DNA of 64,000 bases from an uncultured bacterium (GCA_903892035.1 CAITGV010000005.1:41011-105010), one strand, 5' to 3'; positions 7,915 through 17,122 are shown, counted from the stretch's first letter. Numbers and translations are program-made. Notes: a model not told the origin generated them from the sequence alone.

Positions 7915-8917
7915 GTTTTTCTATAATTCTTAATTTTGCACTTCTTGATCTTGGGTTTTCTTTAATTTCTTTTTTACTTGATGTAATTGGTTTTTTTGTA
8001 ATCAATTCTCCAATATTTTCATCTTTATATTCTTTAAATAATCTTTTCACTATTCTGTCTTCTAAACTGTGAAATGAAATGACTGCAATGCGCCCTCCAA
8101 TATTTAAAATTTCCATACTTGCCGACAATGCTTTCTTTATTGTTTGCAATTCGTCATTTACTGCTATTCGTAGTGCTTGGAAAGTGCGTGTCGCAAAATG
8201 TGTCTTTTGGTGTCTGTAACTTGCCGGTACAGCATTTTTTATAATTTCAACAAGTTCAAATGTTGTATTGATTTCCTTCGTCTGGCGATACTCTACTATA
8301 AATTTTGCAATTCTTCGTGAATACCTTTCTTCGCCATAACCATAAATAATGTCAGCAATATTTTCTTCGTCCCATTCATTTACAATTTCTTTTGCTGAAA
8401 GCTTATTTACTCCAGCGCGCTCCATTGTCATAAGCAATGGTTCATCTCTCATAAAAGAGAAACCTCGCATAGACTCATCGAGCTGATATGAACTGATTCC
8501 TAAATCAAAAAGTATTGCATCAGCTTTTTTGGCGACTAAGTCCCCTTTTGGGGACTTAGTCGCCAAATCTAGGGCTTTCGCAATTTCAGCAAAACTTCCA
8601 TTATAAGTAAAAATTTTATTACCAACTTTTTTTACTCGCTCTGTCGCTTCGGTAATTGCATCGATATCTTTATCGATACCAATCATTTTCAAATTTTTAC
8701 CAAATTTTTCTGCTATTGCTACACTGTGTCCACCAAGACCAAGTGTCGCATCGATAAAAACACTATCAGACTTTATTTCCAAACCCTCTATAACTTCATT
8801 TAAAAGAACCGGTATATGATTCATAAATTTATAGCACTCCGACATTTCCAAGCTTTTCTGCCAAACTATCTGCTTTCTTTTCAACCATTGCTTTGTATTC
8901 GCTCCAAACTTTGTCAT
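7871..8917 (-). CDS. rsmH: 16S rRNA (cytosine1402-N4)-methyltransferase RsmH (MraW)
   Basis: 348 aa containing the SAM-MTase motifs (FIDATLGLGGHS, DLGISSYQLDE). It also contains an in-frame 34-bp perfect palindrome at 8531-8564. Confidence 0.85.
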   Translation of the reverse strand: MTKFGANTKQWLKRKQIVWQKSLEMSECYKFMNHIPVLLNEVIEGLEIKSDSVFIDATLGLGGHSVAIAEKFGKNLKMIGIDKDIDAITEATERVKKVGNKIFTYNGSFAEIAKALDLATKSPKGDLVAKKADAILFDLGISSYQLDESMRGFSFMRDEPLLMTMERAGVNKLSAKEIVNEWDEENIADIIYGYGEERYSRRIAKFIVEYRQTKEINTTFELVEIIKNAVPASYRHQKTHFATRTFQALRIAVNDELQTIKKALSASMEILNIGGRIAVISFHSLEDRIVKRLFKEYKDENIGELITKKPITSSKKEIKENPRSRSAKLRIIEKHDKNKITNKNKYRK

Positions 8918-9263
8918 TCCAAACTTCCAATCTGTTGTTTACACCGATGATTGCAGTCTTGCCCACAAGTCCTGCTCTGTCTTTCAAAAAATCCGGAATT
9001 AAAATTCTACCAATGCTGTCCACGTCTACTTCCGATGCACCCGCAAACATAAAACGGTTGAACGAACGATTGTCAGATTGAAGCCATGATGATTCGGAAA
9101 GTTTTGCTGAAATATTTTTCCATTCGGAAACTGTAAAGATAAATAAACACTGATCGAAACCTGGTGCTACAACAATTTTTTTGCCCATTTCTTTTCGAAA
9201 TTTCATCGGTAATGAAATACGGTTTTTTTCGTCTAATTGATGTATGTATTCGCCGATAAGCAT
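8829..9263 (-). CDS. mraZ: Transcriptional regulator MraZ
   Basis: 144 aa with a duplicated MraZ/AbrB-like domain (N-terminal ..DEKNRISLP.., second copy ..GRILIPDFL..). It is the first gene of the dcw cluster. Confidence 0.85.
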   Translation of the reverse strand: MLIGEYIHQLDEKNRISLPMKFRKEMGKKIVVAPGFDQCLFIFTVSEWKNISAKLSESSWLQSDNRSFNRFMFAGASEVDVDSIGRILIPDFLKDRAGLVGKTAIIGVNNRLEVWNDKVWSEYKAMVEKKADSLAEKLGNVGVL

Positions 9264-9359
9264 AGTTAAATCAATGTCTAAATTCTAATAACTAATTCCT
9301 AAAAGGTTCAGGGTGGATTCTTTAGACATTAGAAATTTGATATTAGACATTTTATCATT

Positions 9360-9445
9360 TTCCCACTTCCTACCACCTACACTACATTATATACCACTTT
9401 ATCCCACTACACAAAACCCCCATCCCACCCTTCTGTGGATAACTA
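9360..9445 (-). promoter_or_regulatory. Putative mraZ promoter with an array of GTGGG/GTGGT direct repeats (MraZ-box-like) around a TATAAT -10 element
   Basis: The minus strand reads GGGTGGGATGGGGG..GTGGGATAAAGTGGTATATAATGTAGTGTAGGTGGTAGGAAGTGGGAAAATG. GTGG(G/T) motifs recur at roughly 10-bp intervals. The TATAAT lies at 9392-9387 (minus). Confidence 0.5.
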
Positions 9446-9532
9446 AAACGACATTCCTTTACTCTATAGTTTTACCGTGATATGATAAAAATCTCTTTGA
9501 AATAAAATAAATTTAATCAAACAAAAAAAATT

Positions 9533-9733
9533 ATGAGTAACTTATTAAACGGAGGTAAAAGTTATGGACACTTTGCTTCAGAAGCACCAATTGTAACAAT
9601 TGGAAAAAATGGCATTAAGATCTATTCGATGCCACAGTACATTCCACCTACAGTACTGGAGTCCATACCAAAGAATAGACTGTCATACGAAAGACAAGGT
9701 TTCAGTCAAAATAGTAATTTATTTGATACCTAA
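9533..9733 (+). CDS. Hypothetical small protein (66 aa)
   Basis: ORF in an otherwise non-coding 270-bp region. It is followed by a bidirectional terminator at 9757-9794. No SD sequence and no recognisable domain. Confidence 0.25.
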   Translation: MSNLLNGGKSYGHFASEAPIVTIGKNGIKIYSMPQYIPPTVLESIPKNRLSYERQGFSQNSNLFDT

Positions 9734-9756
9734 AAATCGTTTTTTAAAAAAAATTA

Positions 9757-9794
9757 AAAGACCTTACCTATTTTAAAACAGGAGAAGGTCTTTT
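9757..9794. terminator. Bidirectional rho-independent terminator (perfect 10-bp stem AAAAGACCTT/AAGGTCTTTT, 18-nt loop, T-tracts on both sides)
   Basis: Read directly. It lies between the 3' end of lysS (minus) and the small plus-strand ORF. Confidence 0.6.
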
Positions 9795-9809
9795 TAATTT
9801 ACAGAATAT

Positions 9810-11267
9810 TTATTTTTTTGGTCGCATTAGGGGAAAGAGTTGGGTTTCGCGGAGAGGTTTGTCGACAAGGAAAGCAAAGAGGCGTTCGCCATAAGCGAAG
9901 CCGAAAGCTGGTGGCATACCGTGCTCAAGCATTTCGACAAATTCCCAGTCAGGCATCATTGCTTCTTCGTCGCCGTCGGCAATCAATTGTTTTTGAACTT
10001 CAAAACGAGCACGTTGATCTATCGGATCATTTAATTCAGAAAAACCATTTGTACACTCTGCTCCAGCGAGAATAAGTTGAACTCTTTCTGTAAGCGCAGG
10101 ATTTTCTTCTTTGGCTTTTGAAAGTGGTGACACAAGTTTTGGAACATCGATAAGCCAAGCAGGACCAGAAATTTGTTTACGACAAAATTTCCAAAGAGTA
10201 TCAGTAAGTCTTTCTCTATTTGTACCTTCATATGCAACTCCGAGTTCATCGAGCTTTTTCTTCATCTCATCTTCAGTTGCACTCAACACATCGACTCCAG
10301 TCATTTCTTTTACAGTATCTACATAAGCAATTTTTTTCCATTCACCAGACAAATCAAAAGAGTGTCCGCGAGTTGTAAATGAAAGCGTACCAAAAGTATC
10401 GGACACAACAGATTTAATCATTTTCTCAGTAAAATCCATTCCTTCGTTGTAGTCCATATACGCGGCGTAAAATTCCATATTTGTGAACTCCTGAAGATGC
10501 TCTGGGCTTGTGCCTTCATTTCTATATGCACGCCCAATTTCAAATGTTCGTGGAAGTCCAGCAGCAAGTAAGCGTTTCTGCCAAAGCTCACCAATCGAAA
10601 TACGTAAATACATACTTAAGTCGAAATCATTGTGATGTGTGGCAAATGGGCGTGCCTCAGCACCTCCTGTGGTCACCTCAAGCGTAGGAGTCTCAACTTC
10701 AAGAAAACCTTCATTCTTCAAAAATGCTCTTGTGGCATCCCAAAATTTTGCTTTTTTATAAAATAAATCTCGAAGCTCTGGAGTCATAAGCATATCAAGA
10801 TAGCGCTTTCGGAAACGTTCATCTTCGTCCTGAAGTCCGTGCCATTTTTCTGGTAAAGGCAAAAGAGCTTTTGCTGACATCTTCCAAACTTTAGTCAAAA
10901 TACTTTTCTCTCCCCTCTCTGTTGTAAATAAACTTCCTGTGACACTTATGAAGTCACCAATATCAACTCCTTCGGCAAATAAACTGAAAAGTTTTTCATC
11001 AATAGTATCTTTTTTGAAAACTGTCTGAAAACGATCTGTGCCATCATCGAGCACAACAAAAAGAATTGCGCCTTGTCCACGAATTGCCATTATTCTTCCA
11101 ACGACTGAAATATCTTTTCCAGCAGAAGATAATTCTTCAAATTTTGAACGTAAATTTCCTAGCGACATATCACGAGAAACACGCGCAGGAAAAGCCGGCA
11201 TACCAGAATCTTCTAGTAATTTTAATTTTTTTAATCTTGTTTCTTTAATTTCTTCAAGCGATGCCAT
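9810..11267 (-). CDS. lysS: Lysine--tRNA ligase (class II)
   Basis: The N-terminal OB anticodon-binding domain and class II core are recognisable (MASLEEIKETRLKKL..., motif 2/3 region ..FEIGRAYRNEG.., ..GFAYGERL..). The ORF extends to 11330, but the MASLEE start at 11267 matches LysS N-termini. Confidence 0.85.
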   Translation of the reverse strand: MASLEEIKETRLKKLKLLEDSGMPAFPARVSRDMSLGNLRSKFEELSSAGKDISVVGRIMAIRGQGAILFVVLDDGTDRFQTVFKKDTIDEKLFSLFAEGVDIGDFISVTGSLFTTERGEKSILTKVWKMSAKALLPLPEKWHGLQDEDERFRKRYLDMLMTPELRDLFYKKAKFWDATRAFLKNEGFLEVETPTLEVTTGGAEARPFATHHNDFDLSMYLRISIGELWQKRLLAAGLPRTFEIGRAYRNEGTSPEHLQEFTNMEFYAAYMDYNEGMDFTEKMIKSVVSDTFGTLSFTTRGHSFDLSGEWKKIAYVDTVKEMTGVDVLSATEDEMKKKLDELGVAYEGTNRERLTDTLWKFCRKQISGPAWLIDVPKLVSPLSKAKEENPALTERVQLILAGAECTNGFSELNDPIDQRARFEVQKQLIADGDEEAMMPDWEFVEMLEHGMPPAFGFAYGERLFAFLVDKPLRETQLFPLMRPKK

Positions 11268-11390
11268 AGTATTAAAAAAGGAAATAATAGTAATGATTTT
11301 AGGAGCTTGGGAGCGCGACGGCGCGAGCACGAGGAATTTTTTAGCAAAAAAATATCCGTGTCCTAAAATTATTACTATTATGCACTAAAA

Positions 11391-11858
11391 CTACTCAATA
11401 TCCAAGACTTTGTACTTTGTAGTACCTTTTGGTGTAGAAAAAATTGCAGTGTCGCCTTTCTTTTTTCCATATAGAGCCTGTCCGAGCAAAGAATCATTTG
11501 AAATTTTTCCTCCAGCGACGTCAGCTTCCTCAGAGCCAACTATTTGAAATGTTTGTTTATCAGATGAACCTTCTTTTTGAACTTTCACAGTAGAACCAAT
11601 TTCTACGTGTGTGCTGTGACTTTTTTCAATAATTTGACCAACACGAAGAATATGCTCGACAGCACTAATGCGCTCTTCGAGTTTTCCTTGTTCTTCGCGA
11701 GCTTGGTGGTATTCTGCATTTTCAGACAAATCACCAAGTGATTTTGCAAATTCCAAAGACTCCAATATTTCTCTTCTTTTTGGTCCTTTTAGATCAAGTA
11801 ATTCATTTTCTAAAGCCAACTTTTTTTCTGCTGATATGTACTGTTTTGTATTATCCAT
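11391..11858 (-). CDS. greA: Transcription elongation factor GreA
   Basis: 155 aa with an N-terminal coiled-coil and a C-terminal FKBP-like domain (..GDLSENAEYHQAREEQ..). Confidence 0.85.
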   Translation of the reverse strand: MDNTKQYISAEKKLALENELLDLKGPKRREILESLEFAKSLGDLSENAEYHQAREEQGKLEERISAVEHILRVGQIIEKSHSTHVEIGSTVKVQKEGSSDKQTFQIVGSEEADVAGGKISNDSLLGQALYGKKKGDTAIFSTPKGTTKYKVLDIE

Positions 11859-11899
11859 AGCGTTACGATTATATAGATTTTATGCCCTAAAGTCAACGA

Positions 11900-13627
11900 T
11901 TATTTGTCTATGGCAACATATTCTGGTTTATTTGTACCTAGCCATTGCAGAAATTCACGGGCAACTTTTTGCGCACCCACAATACTTCCAGCACTAGTTC
12001 CCCTCTCCATCATCGTCACAAGAGCGTATTTGGGTTTTTCAAAAGGGAAAAATGTCATAGCCCATGAAGTAATATATTGATTATGGTCACCCACCTGTGC
12101 AGTACCTGTTTTTGCACCAATATGAAATGGCAAAATTGAAAATGCACTACCAGTTCCTACTGTTGCAACAAGTCTCATTCCATCATGAATGACATCGTAG
12201 TCACTTTTTGGAAAATTTAAAACTGTATCTGCTGGCAATTTTTGCTCAGGATCTTTCAATAAATGTGGAGTGACAAGTGTACCGTAATTTGCTATTGCCG
12301 AAACTGCACGCACCATCTCAATAGGTGTAACCTGAAAGCCATACTGACCTATTGCAGTATTGTAAGTGTCACCAATGCGCCAAATATCACCTGGGAAATT
12401 TTTAGCTTTCCACTCTGGTCCTGGAACAACACCGACATTTTCTTCTGGTAAATCTATACCAGTTTTTTCTCCAATACCAAACAAATTTGCATATTTTTGA
12501 ATATTTGAAATTCCAATTCCTTTTTGATTTTGATACCCTCCACCAACTTCAAAGAAATAAATATTTGAAGAAACTCCTAAAGCATGCCTCATATCAAGCC
12601 AACCATTGTTTTGATGAAAATCTTTAAAAATATATTTTTGACCTGGATTGTAAGGGTTCGCAACTGTAATATAATCTTGACTCAAAATTTTTGTCATCGG
12701 ATCAATTACACCTTCATTTAAAGCACCCATTGCAACAAATGGTTTTACAATAGAACCTGGCGGAAATTTTCCGTCAATTACACGATTTAAAAAAGGATGC
12801 CTACTGTCTGTAAAATAACTTGAAATAGCTTTTGAGTCTTGTTTCAGAGACATCACATTTGAATCATATTCAGGGTAATTTGCTAATCCTAAAATTTCTC
12901 CAGTATGAATATCCATCATCACAGCTGCACCTCCCTGATAGCCAGCATTACCTGAAATTTCTGTAATTTTTTTACCCAATTCTTCTTGTATATCTTTATC
13001 AATCGTCAAAGTTATGTTTTTTCCATTTTCAGGTTTTGTGATACTGTTTTGCGAAATAACATTTCCGTGGACATCACGCTCAGCAATAATTTCTCCATTT
13101 TTTCCTGAAAGTAAACTATTGTACTGTTTTTCGATCCCATCTTGACCAACAAAATCTGTCTGCCAATAAAAACCCGAATTATCTTTTGCAGGGTAATTTA
13201 CATAACCAAGAAGATGAGAAGCACCAGTAATCGATGCATATGTTCTAGTAGGAAATAAATTGTCACCTGTACTTAAATCATTCCAAGCAAGTTCTTTTCC
13301 ATTTCTATCATAAATTATTCCCCTATTCGCAAAAAGTGGTTCATCTGACAAAGTATTTTCCTGACTTCTTGTAAAATAATGTTCACCACGAATTATTTCT
13401 AAAATTCCAATTTTAGAAATAAATATAATACCAATCATCATAAAACATATAGACAAAATATATATCGATTTTTTTGAAATCGTTTTTTCTATTACGCCTT
13501 CAAATTGTTGTGTATCAAAATCTGGAATATTTCTTGCATCAATTAAAATCTCATCTGGATCAACTTCATAATTCCATTTTCTTTTTTTACGAAATATAGA
13601 CATATTAATTTTTTCGAGTATATGCAA
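11900..13627 (-). CDS. mrdA: Class B penicillin-binding protein 2 (elongasome transpeptidase)
   Basis: 575 aa with a TM anchor and PBP dimerisation plus transpeptidase domains (..GSIVKPF.., SxN, KTGTAQ). It is adjacent to an MreD-like gene. Confidence 0.75.
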   Translation of the reverse strand: MHILEKINMSIFRKKRKWNYEVDPDEILIDARNIPDFDTQQFEGVIEKTISKKSIYILSICFMMIGIIFISKIGILEIIRGEHYFTRSQENTLSDEPLFANRGIIYDRNGKELAWNDLSTGDNLFPTRTYASITGASHLLGYVNYPAKDNSGFYWQTDFVGQDGIEKQYNSLLSGKNGEIIAERDVHGNVISQNSITKPENGKNITLTIDKDIQEELGKKITEISGNAGYQGGAAVMMDIHTGEILGLANYPEYDSNVMSLKQDSKAISSYFTDSRHPFLNRVIDGKFPPGSIVKPFVAMGALNEGVIDPMTKILSQDYITVANPYNPGQKYIFKDFHQNNGWLDMRHALGVSSNIYFFEVGGGYQNQKGIGISNIQKYANLFGIGEKTGIDLPEENVGVVPGPEWKAKNFPGDIWRIGDTYNTAIGQYGFQVTPIEMVRAVSAIANYGTLVTPHLLKDPEQKLPADTVLNFPKSDYDVIHDGMRLVATVGTGSAFSILPFHIGAKTGTAQVGDHNQYITSWAMTFFPFEKPKYALVTMMERGTSAGSIVGAQKVAREFLQWLGTNKPEYVAIDK

Positions 13628-13868
13628 ATAATTTCTTTTTCAATAAAAATGAAAAAAGATAAAATAAAGTAGCCATAATGAAATGAAAATAAAGTACGTG
13701 ACGGGTTCCAACTGCACCATACAATAAATCCAGGATAAAACCAGCTACAAAAATTTCGTAATAATTTTCAAAATAAAAAAGACAAGAAATAGCAAAAATA
13801 GCCGTCACCCAAATAGGCGTATAAAGTATGGCTAAAAACACTAAAATATCGGCTAATATTCTCTTCAT
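13605..13868 (-). CDS. Small polytopic membrane protein, possibly MreD-like
   Basis: 87 aa with 2-3 TM helices. It overlaps the start of mrdA. The MreD assignment rests only on size, topology and position; no MreC is nearby. Confidence 0.3.
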   Translation of the reverse strand: MKRILADILVFLAILYTPIWVTAIFAISCLFYFENYYEIFVAGFILDLLYGAVGTRHVLYFHFIMATLFYLFSFLLKKKLFAYTRKN

Positions 13869-13957
13869 ATCGAGTGATTATACCACCTCTTTAAATACAT
13901 ACCACCCCCGACCTGCATTAGCAGATCGACCCCTCCTAATTTAGGAGGGGTAATATT

Positions 13958-15076
13958 TTATGACTTAATATTAAGTATGACTATTTCTGATACAGTTCCT
14001 ACTCTAAGTGGAGTAACTGCAGTCCCCACTCCATAGCTCGTAGCAGAAGGTATACCGTCAGTATAGGCTACACCATGATTGTATGGCCCATAAATTTTCC
14101 TTGGAATCAAGGTAAACGGAAAACATTGTCCACCGTGTGTATGCCCCGACAACACTAGCGATACTCCTTTGCCAGTAAGAGCTCTCGTATTTTTTGGATC
14201 ATGCATAATTACTATGCTTGGCATATTTTCATCAAAACCAAGTGCTTCGAGACGCTCTTTTGTATCATCGTGCGACTCTTTTGTAGTATATGATAAACCA
14301 ATAATTTGTGTATTATTTACAATCATTTTTTTATCAGAAATGTTTGTCAGTGTTCCAATCTTTTCAAATTCATGATGAAATTTTTGATATTCTCTACTAT
14401 ATTTTTCATGATTGCCTTCAACATAAAAAGTTCCAAGGACTGCTTCAATATTTTTCAGTGGTGCAAAGCCTCGAGTATAATCAAATGTTGGCCCATCAAT
14501 CAAATCTCCGGCATGAAAAATTATATCTGGTTTTTCTTTATTTATCATCTCAACAACTTTTTTCATAAAACGATGTTTATAAACAAGTCCAATATGGGTA
14601 TCAGAAATTAGCATTACTTTTTTATCACCCCAGTGCGGTGCCAAACTTTCTGAACGTATTTCCCAATTTACAATTTTTGGACTGTCTGCAGTGAAAAGAC
14701 CATACAGAACAAGAGTAACTGCAAGAAAAAATAGAAAAAGATCGATGTAATGAATTGGAAGTGAGAGATTAAAAAAGAAATTAATTCCAAAAAATATTGC
14801 AGAAATAACCACCGCCATAAACATATATAAGACAAAACCAAACCATGTAGTACTTGCTGTATATAAAAATGATTTAATTTTTAAATATGAACTTGTATTT
14901 GAAATTGTTACTAATACAAATAAAAGTGGCAACACGATTGATAGAAGCATATAAGTTCCCGCCTCTATGGGTTGAATTAGAACACCAGAAGCCTGAAAAA
15001 CTCGAAATATAATGTATTCAGTAGTAAATAAAACTATTGGAATTATAACAGCAAAAAATGCTAATCGGTGTTTCAT
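13958..15076 (-). CDS. Membrane-anchored calcineurin-like metallophosphoesterase
   Basis: 372 aa with an N-terminal multi-TM region followed by a metallophosphatase domain (ISDTHIG, GDLIDGP, GNHE, GHTHGG motifs). Confidence 0.7.
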   Translation of the reverse strand: MKHRLAFFAVIIPIVLFTTEYIIFRVFQASGVLIQPIEAGTYMLLSIVLPLLFVLVTISNTSSYLKIKSFLYTASTTWFGFVLYMFMAVVISAIFFGINFFFNLSLPIHYIDLFLFFLAVTLVLYGLFTADSPKIVNWEIRSESLAPHWGDKKVMLISDTHIGLVYKHRFMKKVVEMINKEKPDIIFHAGDLIDGPTFDYTRGFAPLKNIEAVLGTFYVEGNHEKYSREYQKFHHEFEKIGTLTNISDKKMIVNNTQIIGLSYTTKESHDDTKERLEALGFDENMPSIVIMHDPKNTRALTGKGVSLVLSGHTHGGQCFPFTLIPRKIYGPYNHGVAYTDGIPSATSYGVGTAVTPLRVGTVSEIVILNIKS

Positions 15077-15951
15077 TTTATTTTTCTATTTCTGCCTCTT
15101 ATTTTTCGATAAATAAAACGCAAAATTATAAATATTATATAAACTAATAAAATGTAAAAAATCCATTTATGTGAAAAAATTAATGAAAGTAATTTCAGAA
15201 AAAACAATTTTACATAAGTAAAAGGTTTTTCAACGGCTCCAGGTACCACAGCAGGTGTAACAATGGTTTTACCTTTCACTACGTTTGTTGTTGGTTTCCA
15301 CGAATCAATTGTCTTTTGAGTATCAGAAATACTATTTGAAACACTATCTGAAATACTTGCGCGCGTTGAATCAATTCCACCAACGGTCGAAGATGTAGAA
15401 TCTTTTACACCTGCAGGAATTACGCTGTTTACAAAATCTTGAGTTTTTGTAAGCCCCGCAGATACTGCGTCAGAAATTACTGCCCCAGGGGCTGCGACTA
15501 TAGCATTCACTTTTTTTGCCACAAATCTTTTATCTGCGCCTGTATCACTTCGAGGTGGTACCATCGACTGCTTGCCGACACCTGTCACAACTTGATTTGC
15601 ATTTATAATTTGAGCGGAAATTGCATGGTCTCCCGCTGTCACCTGCCAGCTTATTGAAAGAGTTTGATATAAACCTGGAGCTATTGAAAAATCTTTTTTT
15701 CCTAAAATAACATTCTGATCAAAAAATTCTACAGTTCCAGAAAAAAGTCCTGTGCCTCCATTTGAAACTACAGTATATACAGTGACAGTATCACCTTCAA
15801 AAAATGGATCCTTTGAATACCAAATATTTCCAGGTATAAAACCCACATTACTTGGCGCCACCGCAGTACTATCCGCCCTCGAAAACCCTGGTATTACCAA
15901 GGTTGTGAGTATAAAGATAAACAGTAATGTTCGTTTTATTGAGAGCAACAT
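15073..15951 (-). CDS. Secreted/surface protein with a CARDB-like beta-sandwich domain and a C-terminal TM anchor
   Basis: 292 aa with a signal peptide, a CARDB-like segment (GDTVTVYTVVSNGGTG..ISWQVTAGDHAISAQI), a Ser/Thr-rich linker and a C-terminal hydrophobic helix plus basic tail. Confidence 0.45.
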   Translation of the reverse strand: MLLSIKRTLLFIFILTTLVIPGFSRADSTAVAPSNVGFIPGNIWYSKDPFFEGDTVTVYTVVSNGGTGLFSGTVEFFDQNVILGKKDFSIAPGLYQTLSISWQVTAGDHAISAQIINANQVVTGVGKQSMVPPRSDTGADKRFVAKKVNAIVAAPGAVISDAVSAGLTKTQDFVNSVIPAGVKDSTSSTVGGIDSTRASISDSVSNSISDTQKTIDSWKPTTNVVKGKTIVTPAVVPGAVEKPFTYVKLFFLKLLSLIFSHKWIFYILLVYIIFIILRFIYRKIRGRNRKIK

Positions 15952-15962
15952 TATTTAAATTT

Positions 15963-16451
15963 CTATTCCCCTTCTCCGGCGTCGAAGATTTTTTCTTGAT
16001 CTGGAAGTTCACGTTCGCCAAGTACTCGCCAGCGAATTGTTTTCATTGAAAGATACATTGCTAAAAAGAACAATACGGCGAGAATTTGATTTACAAGAAA
16101 AAATGCCTGATATTTTGGATCAGTAGTTGATGTTTGATAAGCATCCATTGCACAGTATTCAAAAACGATAAAGCCAATAAGGGCGATAACAGCATTTGCA
16201 ATCATTGCTTGCCTTTGGCGTGGACTCATCAAACCACCAAATAAAGCAAAAATAACAGCCATGGCAATTGAAATGATTGATGGAATTTTTGATATTTCAG
16301 AAAAAAATGGAAGTGTAATAATAATACCTGCACCAGCAACTAAAAAAATAGTACGAATTGCATCTCCATAATAATGACGAACAGGCTGTGAAATTTCCTC
16401 TGTGTTATCTTCTTCTTTTTTGGGCTCAAAATAATCGTAATATATTTCCAT
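15963..16451 (-). CDS. Hypothetical membrane protein (4 TM)
   Basis: 162 aa, hydrophobic, no recognisable motif. Confidence 0.4.
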   Translation of the reverse strand: MEIYYDYFEPKKEEDNTEEISQPVRHYYGDAIRTIFLVAGAGIIITLPFFSEISKIPSIISIAMAVIFALFGGLMSPRQRQAMIANAVIALIGFIVFEYCAMDAYQTSTTDPKYQAFFLVNQILAVLFFLAMYLSMKTIRWRVLGERELPDQEKIFDAGEGE

Positions 16452-16489
16452 AGCTTAATTATACTACTTTAAATATTAATGGGAAGTAT

Positions 16490-17122
16490 CTAATAATGCC
16501 CAGGGTAAATTGCAAAAAAACCAAGTAAAACAGCGACAAAATTTAAGACTGAATGCGAAATTGTGGCCAGTATAAGATTTGGATAAAAATAGTAAATTGA
16601 AGCAAACCAAAGTCCGCCCAAAAAAGCCAAAGGTAACATGATAGCTGGTCCTGGATAAATAATATGCAAGAACATAAACAAAATAGAATTCAAAATTATT
16701 ACAATTAAAGGACTTTTAATAATTTTTTTTAATTGAGGCAAAAGAAAAGCCCTGTATGCAAATTCTTGAAAAAAACTTACAACAATAAATAAAAAAAGAA
16801 AATGGGGTTGCGTCCACCAATTCTCAACTTCATCTGTTTTAAAATGATGAGAAAGATACAATAAAAACAAACATCCTATTATTGTGTAAAGCGAATAAGC
16901 AAAAATACCACTACGAATATTGTCTATTCGCCAGCCGAGTTTTTTAATACTCCATTTTTCATTTCTCACAATTGCAAAAATCAAAAGTGAAGAAAAAACT
17001 AGAAGCATCACCCGAAAACTATTTGAAACAATATTGAAGTAAAGCAACAGAATCGGTAAAAGAAAGATAAAAAATATCTGAACAAATACTATTTCTTTAG
17101 CTTTTTTGTGAGCTATATGCAC
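16490..17122 (-). CDS. CPBP family intramembrane glutamic endopeptidase (CAAX protease/Abi-like)
   Basis: 210 aa polytopic protein with the CPBP motif 1 EExxxR (FFQEFAYRAFLLP) and a later conserved His. Confidence 0.7.
   Translation of the reverse strand: MHIAHKKAKEIVFVQIFFIFLLPILLLYFNIVSNSFRVMLLVFSSLLIFAIVRNEKWSIKKLGWRIDNIRSGIFAYSLYTIIGCLFLLYLSHHFKTDEVENWWTQPHFLFLFIVVSFFQEFAYRAFLLPQLKKIIKSPLIVIILNSILFMFLHIIYPGPAIMLPLAFLGGLWFASIYYFYPNLILATISHSVLNFVAVLLGFFAIYPGHY

Noticed and set aside
9360-9445. C/A-rich low-complexity tract upstream of mraZ as a possible CRISPR-like or microsatellite repeat
   Set aside because: The units are not identical. On the mraZ strand they resolve into GTGG(G/T) boxes with helical spacing around a -10 hexamer, which is better explained as MraZ operator boxes.
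9533-9733. Small 66-aa ORF as a definite gene
   Set aside because: There is no ribosome-binding site and no recognisable domain. It is kept only as a low-confidence feature because a bidirectional terminator follows it.
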